From: Heptranchias perlo
Taxonomy: Eukaryota
Assembly: GCF_035084215.1 (NCBI RefSeq)
Contig: NW_027139442.1
Location: 1,054,001 to 1,118,000 of the forward strand
Length of the DNA stretch: 64,000 bases
Direction of reading: 5' to 3'
Shown here in pieces: positions 13,385 through 26,699 of this stretch (positions are counted from its first letter, which is position 1; each line of letters begins with the position of its first letter). A program made the position numbers and the translations under genes. Below the pieces are notes generated by a model that was not told where the DNA came from, did no database searches, and saw only the letters and a program-made list of their open reading frames with translations.

Positions 13385-14420
13385 TCTCCCTGACCAGTCA
13401 CCATTTCTCCTTCATTTAAAGACTATCCCTGACCTATCACAATGTCTCCTTAATTTGTAGGCTTTCCCTGAACAGTCACCGTTTCACCTTCATTTACAGA
13501 CACTCCCGGACCAAACACAATTTCTCCTACATTAATAGACGCTCCCTGACCCTTCGCCATTTCTCCTTCATTTACAAACTCTCTCTGACCAGTCAGAATT
13601 TTCCTTCATTAATAGACGCTCCCTGACCCATCACTATTTCATCTTCATTTATGGACATTACCTGAACCTGTCAACATTTCTCCTGCATTCATAGACACTC
13701 CCGGACCAATCACCGTTCCTCCTTCATTTATGGACAGTCCTTGACCAGTTACCATTTCTCCTTCATTTACAGACACTCCCAGAACAAACACCATTTCTCC
13801 TTCATTTACAAACGCTGCCTGACAAGTCACCATTTCTCCATCATTTACAGACTCTGCCTGAACTGTCACCATTCATCCGTCCTTTATAGATACTCCCTAA
13901 CCCGTCACGGTTTCTCCTTCATTTTTAGACACTCCCTGACCTGTCACGATGTCCTCTCCCATTTATAGATACTCCCTTAACAGACGCCATTTCACCTGCA
14001 TTTATAAACACTCCCTGACCCGTCACTATTCCTCCTTCATTTATAGACACGCCCTGACCCTTCACCGTTTCTCCTACATAAATAGACACTCCCTCACCCG
14101 GCACCATTTATCCTTCATTTAGAGACAATCCCTGTCCAGTCACCATTTATCCTTAATTTACAGACACTCCCAAAGCAGTCAGCATTTCTCCTTCATTTAC
14201 AGACACTCCCTGACCGACCCCATTCCTCCTTCATTTATAGACACTCCCTGACCTGTCGCAATTTCTCCTTCATTTACAGACACTCCATGAGCAGTCACCA
14301 TTTATTCTTCATTTACGGACACTCCATGACCAGTCAGCATTTCTCCTTCATTTAGAGACACTTCCTGACCAATCACCATTTCTCCTTCATTTACAGACAC
14401 TCACTGGCCAGTCACCTCCT
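13385..14420. repeat. Minisatellite, about 39-bp unit (cctgaccagtcaccatttctccttcatttacagacactc)
   Basis: About 26 degenerate tandem copies upstream of the ZNF coding exon. Confidence 0.92.
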
Positions 14421-14502
14421 CTCTCCGCATATCCCTCCAGATGTCCGTTCACTTGTGAGCAAGGCCCTTGCCATCCACAATCTTATTGCGGATGGCTGCA
14501 TT

Positions 14503-14915
14503 TAGGAACATGGGAGTTGGCCATTCAGCCCCACGAGCCTGTTCCGCCATTCAATTAGATAATGGCTGATTTATATCTTAACTCTATCTACCCTCGTTGG
14601 TATCATAACCCTTAATAATCTGGCCAAACAAAAATCTATCAATCTCAATTTTCAAATGTACAATTGACCCCCAGCCTCAACAGCTTTTTGGAGTGAAGAG
14701 AGTTCCAGATTTCCATTCCCCTTTGTGTGAAGAATTGCTTCCTGACATCACCCATCAATGGCCGAGCTCTAATTTTAAGATCATTCCGCCTTGTTCTGGA
14801 CTCTCCCACCAGAGGAACTAGTTTATCTCCATCTACTCTATCAAAACATCTAATCATCTTAAACACCTCAATTAGATCAGTCCTTAATCTTGTATATTCA
14901 AGAGAATACAAGCCT
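14503..14915 (-). mobile_element. CR1 LINE 3' fragment
   Basis: Minus-strand ORF GLYSLEYTRLRTDLIEVFKMI...FFTQR, then the conserved tail (aatggcggaacaggctcgtggggctgaatggcc). Confidence 0.85.
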
Positions 14916-15399
14916 CGTCTACGCATCTGTGCTCATCATTTACATAATTCATCACCATAAGTACAGGATAGAAATTCAGTACAGACAGTTCCAGTTTCTC
15001 TGGAACATTCTTTTCTCCCTTGCCCCTCCTAAGCTGTGAATGCACCCGCTCACACTCTCCCTCCACGCCCCTATTAAGCTGTGAATTCCCCCGTCCCACA
15101 CACACCCTCCTTGACACGTCCTCGCTGTTTGAAATCCACATTCATCGCAGGATCTATTGTTCCTCCTTTTCTCTCCTGAAGGTTCTGCGTGATGTTTGGA
15201 TTCGGCCACAGTCACTGTTTGCCCTCCAGTACCCGGCCAAGTGGTAATTCTGCACCTGTGAGCCTGCACAGCGAGCTGCCGGCATTTCAAACATGGGGAG
15301 CAGCACAGTCACCGTCCCTGGCTGATTCTGTCCGGCAAAGCTGAGGCCAACGGGAGCAGATCAACAACAAACTGCATTTACAAAGAGCGGATTCTCAGC

Positions 15400-15740
15400 A
15401 ACACCGAGTGCGGGTCAGGCCCTGAATCAGTGCCGGGGGACCCGGCGGATCGGGCGGGCGTCCCGGGAGTCCATTACACCCATCATTCAGCTCCTCCCCC
15501 GTCCTACCCGCCGCTTCCCGGTTTCTTCTCCCGTTTCCACCGAGTCGGATTCGCGAACAAAGGAAAGGAGCGATGCGTTCCCAGATTGCACAGCGGGCCT
15601 GGGGAACATGCGCAGTCTGAGCGGAAAATCGCCACCTTGGAGAGATAGAGGGGTTTCTGGGGCGCGAGGGATTGTGGGGCCTCCGGCCGCCATTAGTCGC
15701 ATTGTGTCGGTCAGTGTTTCATTGCCGCCGTCGCGCACAG
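15400..15740 (-). promoter_or_regulatory. CpG island, probable promoter and first exon of the ZNF gene
   Basis: CpG-rich with an NRF1-like ACATGCGCAGT near 15606; lies upstream of the minus-strand ZNF. Confidence 0.5.
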
Positions 15741-15814
15741 AACCGTTTCTCCAAATACAGACTGAGGAATTCAGAGCCGGTTTGCTGAACAGACACTGAC
15801 CGTACAATGAGGAA

Positions 15815-16500
<686 letters not shown>

Positions 16501-16509
16501 TTCATTGAT

Positions 16510-17680
16510 GCTGTTCTCTCCACCCTAGAGGGCTGAGGATGTTCAGTCGTTGAGTGTATTCCAGATTGAGTTTGATTGATTTTTGGACAAGGAAATCAAG
16601 GGATATGGAGAGAGGGCGGTAAAGAGGAGTTGAGGTTCAAGATCAGCCATGATCTATTGAATGGCGGAGCAGGCTTGAGGGGCCGTATGGCCTACGCCTG
16701 CTCATATTTCTTATGTTCTTATCCTGCCAGAGGTGCGGTGCCCAGAACTGAACACAGTGCTCTAAATGAGGACTAACCAGAGCTCTTTATAACTGGGACA
16801 TAACTTCCACTCATTTTCATTCCACAACTCTTGAGATAATTATCAAAATTTCATTACCATATTAACTTTTTTTGCACCTTTTTGTGAATTCTGTACTTGG
16901 TCCCATAAATTTCTCTGCTCACCCACAGTTCCTAGTTTCTTGCCATTTAGAAAATGCTCTAATCTGTCTTTTTATTGTCCAAAGTGGATGACCTCACACT
17001 TCCCCAAGTTGAACTCCATCTGCCACTGTTTTGCCCACTCACTGAATCTATCAATGTCCCTTTGCAACTTTCTGCTCCCATCTATAATGCGTACTGTGCC
17101 ACATAACTAAGTGTCGTCAGCATATTTGGATATAAGGTTCTCTACATAAGAACGTAAGAAATAGGAGCAGGAGTCGGCCATACAGCCCCTCGTGCCCTCT
17201 CTGCCATTCAATCAGATCAGGGCTGATCTTCGACCTCAACTCCACTTTCCCTCCCGATCCCCATATCCCTTGATTCCCCTCGAGTCCAAAAATCTATTAA
17301 TCTCAGGTTTGAATATACTCAACAACTGAGCATCCACAGCCCTCTAGGGTGGAGAATTCAAAAGATCCACAACCATTCGTGTGAAGAAATTTTTCCTCAT
17401 GTCGATCCTAAATGGCCGACCCCTTATCTTGAGACTATGAGCTCCAGTTCTTGACTCTCCAGCCAGGAGAACCAGCCTCTCAGCATCTACCCTGTCAACC
17501 CGTCTACGAATGTTATACATTTCAATGAGATCACCTCTCATTCTTCTTTCTCCACAGAATATAGGCTAATTTTACACAATATTTTCTCATACTACAATTG
17601 CAGCAAGTCCTCCTTACTGTTATATTCCAACACCCTTATAATAAAGGCTACCATATCATTTGCCTTCCTCACTCTCATTA
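16510..17680. mobile_element. Nested CR1 fragments (plus-strand 3' end 16510-16721; minus-strand pieces 16725-17140 and 17145-17680)
   Basis: CR1 tails (gatcagccatgatctattgaatggcggagc...ttcttatgttctta) and the minus-strand peptide MRGDLIEMYNI...FFTR. Confidence 0.8.
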
Positions 17681-17873
17681 GACCCTTTGTACCTCACTAT
17701 TTCCAGCATGTTTTTCCTCTATTCCGTCGATAGGGAAAAGAAATGAACGTTGAAAACATTTTACTATAATTACACCCGTTTATGGTTTGGAAACAATATC
17801 CAACTGAACTGCATCAAATTCAATTGCAAAGTTAAGAGTTTCTGAAGGAAATAGACTAATTTGAACACTTAAG

Positions 17874-17931
17874 TGCGATGGCTGGGAATCGAAGCCGGGT
17901 GAACTGCTTAGAAAGCAGCTATGCTCACCAC
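17874..17931 (-). pseudogene. tRNA-Gly(TCC)-derived pseudogene, 3' 58 nt (anticodon now TCT)
   Basis: Reverse complement GTGGTGAGCATAGCTGCTTTCTAAGCAGTTCACCCGGCTTCGATTCCCAGCCATCGCA matches vertebrate tRNA-Gly-TCC positions 15-72. Confidence 0.88.
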
Positions 17932-18313
17932 GGTGTGCGGATATTACACAGTGTGCTGAGAGTTCGGAACGTGTGGGAGTTGAAGGGTTAATCTCTTTAA
18001 ATCTAGTGCATATTGCTTCAACTGTTTAAAGTCAATTTAAAAGTTTAAATTTCTAAGTTTCTGTCAGGCTTCAGCAGAGAGCTGCTGTAGCAAGTTAATT
18101 GGTTAGCTAGATTCAATTGGTCCCTGAAGGTGGGGCAGGACTGACTCATCTGAGTCTCAACTGCAGAAATACAGGGGCCTGTCAGTGCGGACTGCACGGT
18201 GTGCGGATATTACACAGTGTGCTGAGAGTTCGGTACGTGTGGGAGTTAGGTGAAGTGGGGGAAGGAGGTGCTGCTTTGCCTTGCTTTTCCTGCAGAGCGG
18301 TAGTGGACCTGAG

Positions 18314-18560
18314 AGCGGTGAGCGGCGGGAGAGAGCGAGACCAGAGCGGGGATAAAAACAGCGCGGAGAGAGCGAGACCAGAGCGGAGATATAAACAGCG
18401 CGGAGAGAGCGAGAGTCCAGTCGGTGAGCGGCGGGAGAGAGCGAGACCAGAGCGGAGATATAAACAGCGCGGAGAGAGCGAGAGTCCAGTCGGTGAGCGG
18501 CGGGAGAGAGCGAGACCAGAGCGGAGATATAAACAGTGTGGAGAGAGCGAGACCAGAGCT
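18314..18560 (+). repeat. 69-bp tandem repeat in the CR1 5' UTR (about 3.5 copies)
   Basis: tcggtgagcggcgggagagagcgagaccagagcggagatataaacagcg recurs at 18421 and 18490. Confidence 0.9.
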
Positions 18561-18828
18561 CACTCTGAGAGCGAGACTCGGAGACCAGCGGCAGTTCGGG
18601 GTGACGTCACCAGTCAGAAAGTGACGCGGCACAGGGGAGGCAGCTGATTGGTGAGTAGGTTCAGGTGAGTATTTCTACCATTTTACTGTAAGTAAAGTAA
18701 TAAGAAAGGGAAGATCTGCAGGTTTTATAGCAGATAGTGTTTTTTTTTAGTGAACCTAGGTCCCTAGTATAGTTAACATTTTCTAATTTCAACGTAATTT
18801 AAAAGGGGTAACTCAGCTAAGGCAAGTC

Positions 18829-19779
18829 ATGGCAGCAGACCTCGCACCCGTGATATGCTCCTCCTGCAAGATGTGGGAAGTCATGGACACTACCAGTGTC
18901 CCTGCCGACCATGTGTGCGGGAAGTGTGTCCACCTGCAGCTACTGACCGATCGTATCTCGGAGCTGGAGCTGCGGGTGGACTCACTGTGGAGCATCCGCG
19001 ATGCAGAGAAACTCGTGGATAGCACGTTTAGCGAGTTGGTCACACCGCAGGTAAAGGGTATACAGGCAGGAAGTGAATGGGTGACCACCAGGAAGAGTAA
19101 GAGATGCAGGCAGGTAGTGCAGGGGTCCCCTGTGTCCATCCCCCTCTCAAACAGATATGCCACTTTGGATGCTGTTGGGGGGGATGACTTATCAGGGGAA
19201 GGCAGCAGCAGCCAACTTCCTGGCACCACGGGTAGCTCTGCTGCACAGGCTGGGAGGAAAAAGAGTGGCAGAGCTATAGTGATAGGGGACTCAATTGTAA
19301 GGGGAATAGACAGGCGTTTCTGCGGCAGCAACCGAGACTCCAGGATGGTGTGTTGCCTCCCTGGTGCAAGGATCAAGGATGTCTCGGAGCGGCTACAGAA
19401 CATTTTGGAGGGGGAGGGCGAACAGCCAGCTGTCGTGGTGCACATAGGCACCAACGATATAAGTAAAAAAGGGGATGAGGTCCTAAAAGCAGAATATAGG
19501 GAGTTAGGAGGTAAATTAAAAAATAGGACCTCAAAGGTAGTAATCTCAGGATTGCTGCCAGTGCCACGTGCTAGTCAGAGTAGAAATAGGAGGATATTTC
19601 AAATGAATACGTGGCTAGAGGAATGGTGCAAGGGGGAGGGATTCAAATTCCTGGGACACTGGAAACGGTTCTGGGGGAGGTGGGACCAGTACAAACCGGA
19701 TGGTCTGCACCTGGGCAGGGCCGGGACCGCTGTCCTAGGAGGAGTGTTTGCTAGTGCTGTTGGGGAGGGTTTAAACTAA
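18829..19779 (+). CDS. CR1 ORF1: Cys-rich zinc finger, coiled coil and SGNH/GDSL esterase domain (316 aa)
   Basis: CSSC...CGKC, heptad repeats, and esterase blocks VIGDS, PGA, HIGTND, DGLHL. Confidence 0.93.
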   Translation: MAADLAPVICSSCKMWEVMDTTSVPADHVCGKCVHLQLLTDRISELELRVDSLWSIRDAEKLVDSTFSELVTPQVKGIQAGSEWVTTRKSKRCRQVVQGSPVSIPLSNRYATLDAVGGDDLSGEGSSSQLPGTTGSSAAQAGRKKSGRAIVIGDSIVRGIDRRFCGSNRDSRMVCCLPGARIKDVSERLQNILEGEGEQPAVVVHIGTNDISKKGDEVLKAEYRELGGKLKNRTSKVVISGLLPVPRASQSRNRRIFQMNTWLEEWCKGEGFKFLGHWKRFWGRWDQYKPDGLHLGRAGTAVLGGVFASAVGEGLN

Positions 19780-22718
19780 AGTGGCAGGGGGTTGGGAACC
19801 TGAGCAGGGAGAGAGAGGAAAGCGTAACAGGAAGTGACAGAAGGTATGGAGTAATAGGTAAAGTGTTAAAAAAGGAAAAAGCAGGAACTAAGCGTCACAA
19901 AACAGATTTGAAAGTTCTTTATCTGAATGCACGTAGCATTCGTAATAAAATGGACGAGTTAACGGCACAAATAACTACGTATGGGTATGATCTTGTGGCC
20001 ATTACAGAAACATGGCTGCAGGGTGACAACGACTGGGAATTAAATATGCCAGGGTATTTAACAATCAGGAAGGACAGGCAGGAAGGAAGGGGAGGTGGGG
20101 TGGCTATGTTAATAAAGGAAGGAATCACTGTAATACAGAGAAATGATATTGGGACAAAGCATCAAGATAATGAAACAGTTTGGGTGGAGATAAGGAATAA
20201 TAAGGGAAAAAAAACATTAGTGGGCGTAATAAATAGGCCTCCTAATAGTTGCAACTCTGCTGGAAGAAGTATTAATCAGGAGATAGTCGGGGCATGTAAT
20301 AAGGGAACAGCCATAATTATGGGGGATTTTAATTATCATATTAACTGGACAAATCAAATTGGGCAGAGCAGCCTTGAGGACGAGTTCATTGAGTGCATCA
20401 GGGATGGATTTCTTGAGCAGTATGTAACTGATCCTACAAGGGGGCAGGCAACCTTGGACCTGGTCCTGTGTAATGAGTCAGGATTAATTAATAATGTCCT
20501 AGTTAAGGATCCCCTTGGAACGAGCGACCACAACATGGTTGAATTCCATATCCAATTAGAGGGTGAGAAGGTTGATTCTCAAACAAGCGTACTGAGCTTG
20601 AATAAAGGAGACTATGATGGTATGAGAGCGGAATTGATTAAAGTGGACTGGGAAAATAGATTAAAGGGTAAGACGGTACATGAGAAGTGGTGTTCATTTA
20701 GGGAGTTATTTTACAACTTTCAAAATAAATATATTCCACTGAGGAAAAAAGGGTGTAAAAGAAATGACAGCCACCCGTGGCTAAGTAAAGAAATCAAGGA
20801 TAGTATCCGACTAAAAACAAGGACATATAAGGTAGCCAAACTTAGTGGGAGGATAGAAGATTGGGAATTCTTCAAAAGACAGCAAAAAGTAACTAAAGGA
20901 TTGATTAAGAAAGGGAAGTTAGATTATGAAAAGAAATTAGCAAAAAATATAAAAACAGATAGCAAGAGTTTCTATAGTTATATAAAAAGAAAAAGGGTGG
21001 CTAAGGCAAACATAGGTCCCTTAGAGGATGAGACCGGGAAATTAATGGTGGGAAACATGGAGATGGCAAAAATGCTGAACAAATATTTTGTTTCAGTCTT
21101 TACAGTAGAGGACACTAAGAATATCCCAACACTGGACAAACAGGGGACTCTCGGGGGGGAGGAGCTAAATACGATTAAAATCACTCAAGAGATGGTACTC
21201 AGTAAAATAATGGGACTCAAGGCGGATAAATCCCCTGGACCTGATGGCTTCCATCCTAGGGTCTTGAGGGAAGTGGCAGTAGGGATTGTGGATGCTTTGG
21301 TGATAGTTTTCCAAAATTCCCTGGACTCAGGAGAGGTCCCGGCAGATTGGAAAACTGCTAATGTAACACCGTTATTTAAAAAGGGTAGTAGGCAGAAGGC
21401 TGGAAATTATAGGCCAGTTAGCTTAACATCTGTGGTGGGTAAAATTTTGGAGTCTATTATTAAGGAGACAGTAACGGAACATTTAGATAAGCATAATTTA
21501 ATAGGACAAAGTCAGCATGGCTTTATGAAGGGGAAGTCATGTCTGACAAATTTGCTTGAGTTCTTCGAGGATATAACGTATAGGGTGGATAAAGGGGAAC
21601 CAGTGGACATAGTGTATTTAGACTTCCAGAAGGCATTCGACAAGGTGCCACATAAAAGATTATTACTTAAGATAAAAAAATCACGGGATTGGGGGGAATA
21701 TTCTGGCATGGGTGGAGGATTGGTTATCAAACAGGAAGCAGAGAGTTGGGATAAATGGTTCATTTTCGGACTGGCAACCAGTAACCAGTGGTGTTCCACA
21801 GGGGTCGGTGCTGGGTCCCCAACTCTTTACAATCTATATTAACGATTTGGAGGAGGGGACCGAGTGCAACATATCAAAATTTGCAGATGATACAAAGATG
21901 GGAGGGAAAGTAGAGAGTGAGGAGGACATAAAAAACCTGCAAGGGGATATAGACAGGCTGGGTGAGTGGGCGGAGATTTGGCAGATGCAATATAATATTG
22001 GAAAATGTGAGGTTATGCACTTTGGCAGGAAAAATCAGAGAGCAAGTTATTTTCTTAATGGCGAGAGACTGGAAAGTACTGCAGTACAAAGGGATCTGGG
22101 GGTCCTAGTGCAAGAAAATAAAAAAGTTGGTATGCAGGTGCAGCAGGTGATCAAGAAAGCCAACGGAATGTTGGCTTTTATTGCTAGGGGGATAGAATAT
22201 AAAAACAAGGAGGTATTGCTGCAGTTATATAAGGTATTGGTGAGACCGCACCTGGAATACTGCATACAGTTTTGGTCTCCATACTTAAGAAAAGACATAC
22301 TTGCTCTCGAGGCAGTACAAAGAAGGTTCACTCGGTTAATCCCGGGGATGAGGGGGCGGACATATGAGGAGAGGTTGAGTAGATTGGGACTCTACTCATT
22401 GGAGTTCAGAAGAATGAGAGGCGATCTTATTGAAACATATAAGATTGTGAAGGGTCTTGATCGGGTGGATGCAGTAAGGATGTTCCCAAAGATGGGTGAA
22501 ACTAGAACTAGGGGGCATAATCTTAGAATAAGGGGCTGCTCTTTCAAAACTGAGATGAGGAGAAACTTCTTCACTCAGAGGGTGGTAGGTCTGTGGAATT
22601 TGCTGCCCCAGGAAGCTGTGGAAGCTACATCATTAGATAAATTTAAAACAGAAATAGACAGTTTCCTAGAAGTAAAGGGAATTAGGGTTATGGGGAGCGG
22701 GCAGGAAATTGGACATGA
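19770..22718 (+). CDS. CR1 ORF2: APE endonuclease and reverse transcriptase, with two 1-nt homopolymer frameshifts
   Basis: LNARS, ITETW, GDFN, SDH (APE); YLDFQKAFD, QGSVLGP, FADD (RT). Extra A in 21674-21680 and missing G in 22685-22687; the corrected end is KGIRGYGERAGNWT* at 22718. Confidence 0.9.
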
Positions 22719-22849
22719 AGCTGAGTTCGGATCGGTCAATGCCCTGTGGGTGGCGGAGAGGGCCGAGGGGCTATGTGGCCGGGTCCTGCTCCGACTTCTT
22801 GTGTTCTTTAGATTTGTGGTTGGGATCAGATCAGCCATGATCTTATTGA

Positions 22850-23489
<640 letters not shown>

Positions 23490-23521
23490 AGCGACCAAGA
23501 CTTAATCTGATAACCCAAAGG

Positions 23522-24731
23522 ATAGGACCAACCTTATTGAAATCTTTGAAGAAGGCACAGAAAGTGAATACAAGTTTAATGCAGTAGATGCGATATATTT
23601 GGATATTATGAAAACCTTCGATAAGATACCGCATTGCAGACTCATGGCTAATTTCAGAGCATGTGGAGTCAGCGGACATGTGCCAGAATGGATATCAAGC
23701 TGGCTACAAAACATAAAACTGAGAATCGAGGTTAAGGGTCGCTACTCAGACTGGCAAAAGGTGGGAAGTGATGTTGCATTTGCTGGGACCACGGTTCTTC
23801 ACAATTTACATTAACGATGTGGAATTGGGAATCGGAAGTACGATTCAAAATTTGTGGACGATACCAAACTGGAGGATGTAGTTAATACAAAGGAAGAATG
23901 CATCAAAATGCAAGAGGACATTAATAAACTTGCAGACTGAAGAATAAGGAGATCACACACTGCTTGGATAATAAGAGTCTAAACGGGATAGAGGAGCAAA
24001 GGGATCTGGTTGGTACAGATATAAAAATTACAAGAAGTAGCGACGCAGGTCAAGAAGGTCATAAAAAGGAAACTCAAACACTATGATTCAATTCTTGAGA
24101 GCTTGAATTGAAAATCAAAGAAGTTATCGTAAACTTGTCTGGAAACTTGTTTAGACCAAACTTGGAGTATTGTGCACAATTCTGGTCTCCATATTATAGA
24201 AAGGACGGAGAGGGATTGGAGAAGGTGCAAAAACGATTCTCAAGATACGAAAAATGAGAGAATAATCTTCTTATGAATATAAGAATATTCTTATGAGGAA
24301 ATGCTGAAGAGACTGGGGGTGTTTTCTCTGGAAAAGAGAAGGCTGAGGGGTGACGTGATTGAGGTCTGACGATGGGGTTTCATAGGGTCGACATAGAGAA
24401 AATGTTTCCACTTGTGGGGAGTCCAAAAGTAGAGGTAATAAATATAAAATGGTTGCTAATAAATCCAATAGGGAATTCAGGAGAAACTGATTTACCTAAA
24501 GAGTGGTTTGAATGTGGAAAACGCTACCACAAGCAGTAGTTGAGACAAATAGCACAGATCCATTCAAGGGGAAGCTGGATTAACACACGAGGAAGAAAAG
24601 AATCGAAGGATATTCTGATAGGGTTCGATGAATTAAGGAGGGAGGAGGCTCGTGTGGAGCATAAACGCCGGAACAGACCAGTTGGGCCGAATGGCCTGTT
24701 TCGGTGCCTTCGTTTCGATGTAACTCGATGT
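23522..24731 (+). mobile_element. 5'-truncated decayed CR1 inserted in the H2A 3' UTR, with 5-bp TSD AAAGG
   Basis: RT-like remnants (DAIYLD...FDKIPH, FVDDTK) and tail gggccgaatggcc...(tcgatgtaac)n. AAAGG at 23517-23521 and 24732-24736. Confidence 0.85.
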
Positions 24732-24734
24732 AAA

Positions 24735-24750
24735 GGCTCTTTTCAGAGCC
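24735..24750 (+). terminator. Histone 3' stem-loop of the H2A pseudogene
   Basis: GGCTCTTTTCAGAGCC + ACCCA, followed by the HDE-like GAAAGGGCTG. Confidence 0.9.
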
Positions 24751-26699
24751 ACCCACTGTATGTGTGAAAGGGCTGGTTACTCTCTGAGGGAGACGCTGAT
24801 ATCATGCTACCAGTGTTGCTTTGAGCTGCTTTTGTCTCGTTGTAGGCGAGATGGGGTATTAATGGGACTGGAGCCAGGGCACCGACCACAGTCCGGTACA
24901 TTAAACGGTGGCTTATGGACCCCAGCCCACACATCACCAGATTTCTTGTATTTATTTAAACTACTTGCCATGCTGTGCTGGTAAAGCATCACCAGAATTG
25001 ATGGACTAACCTTTCTACATCTGTGGAATTCGGCGCTTCGATCCGTTTCTGTTCTATTTTGTTGGATTATTTGCATAACGCATCAAACTCACTGTGGAAT
25101 CACTGAAATGTATCTCTGTACAGAAGAAAATGACATTGAATTGCCTGGTGCCCAGGAGATCAGAAACATTACTCGCCTTTCGTCCTGTTAACAACGAAAC
25201 CGTGTTTAGAGGCCTCCAACCCGCGTTGGTTCCATATGGGGGATAAAACAGATAAAGCGGGAGGGGAGGAGTCAGAGTGACGGAAAGAGCGGAGAGCGGC
25301 CTCTGATCTTCCAGCTGCACCTCTAGCTTTCTCCACCCGCGAATTTAGAACCGAAATACAGCGCTCCGCACAAACCCTTACAGACTCGGGCTTCATATTC
25401 AAGGATTTCCAGAAACCAGGAACTTTAAAATAAGCCCCGTTACAATTAACAGTCACTAATATTCCGGCCGAAATGCAATCCCTTCTGTAACAAGTCAACC
25501 CGCCTCCTTCCATTTCAGTGGCAGAACGGATTCCATCTCCCCACATATCCCTCCCAGAATGGTTCAGCAGTTTACTCACATCTCATTCCAGCTGATTTGG
25601 AGAATCTCATGTGTTGGGGTTTGAGTTATGACGCGGAGTTTCTCCGCCAGTTTCACGGTTTCACAGAGACTCTCGCTCTGAATCTGTGAAAAGATTATGA
25701 CCATGAACTGGGACTGGAACAGAACACATCTTCGGTAACAGTGAGGCCCGGCCCGGACATCTCATTCTCTCTGCTTTATATCGGACAATATCGCACCTTC
25801 ATGTCCAGCACTAGAGAGAGAGAGACACACACTCTGTAAGTCTTACACTTCCTATCAGTGTATTCGTATCACGTTCAAAAACAGTATCCCACTTTCATAT
25901 ATAGCACCAGCGAGAGAGAGGGAGAGAGAGGGAGACAGGTACGGTGAGAGAGAGAGAGCGGAGAGACAAAGTGCCACACTCAGTTCCAGACCGACCTGTA
26001 AAGTTTCGTTTTACCCAGAAAGATCCCATTGGAGAGACAAAAGATGCAATCTCATCTCTCACTGATATTGTACCAGAGGCAGACACACAATTAATCCCAA
26101 ACTCAGTGCAGAGGGTGATAAAAACAATGCGCCACATTTAACCCTCTCTTGCCTGATGTACTATATTCTGTTTTGCAGCACAGGGACATTTGGTATTACA
26201 GTAATCGAGGGTTTCAATCTGATTAAATTAATCTGGGACCCGTGCTGTCAGATATTAATCCTACACGGTCCCAACAAACACACCGACTCACTCTTTCCTC
26301 CTATTTTTCTCCAGGATTGGTTTGAGAAATCTTCACCCCAGTTTCTTCCTCACGCGTCAGTTTTATCACCAAAGAGTCCAAGAATGAATCAAAGCCATAG
26401 GCTCATGTCACAGCCGCCCACTTTATCTCTGAAAGGCTCTTTACCATCAAAAGATACCGAGAGAAACAGCAGGGATGGAAACATCTCGTTTAATGGTTAG
26501 AGATTGTAAAGTCAGTCTGGATTCCAGCGTTAGGCACGGGTGGAATCCCATCTCTTTTCCATTCTGGTGCCTCTTCCTGCACTGCCTGTGGACCCCATTC
26601 CCTCTGACCTTTCCCCCAGCCCCACTTCCTTTGCTCAGACTCTGAAAAATTCGAATTGGGGAAGGTTTCCATCGAGTTTTGTATTGGGAAGTAAACCCG

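Noticed and set aside
13385-14420. Regular 39-50-bp periodic arrays resembling CRISPR
   Set aside because: No unique spacers, no cas genes and a vertebrate context; these are minisatellites.
17874-17931. Functional anticodon-shifted tRNA (Gly body with TCT anticodon)
   Set aside because: The gene is split by a LINE through the A box and has stem mismatches, so the anticodon change is most simply decay.
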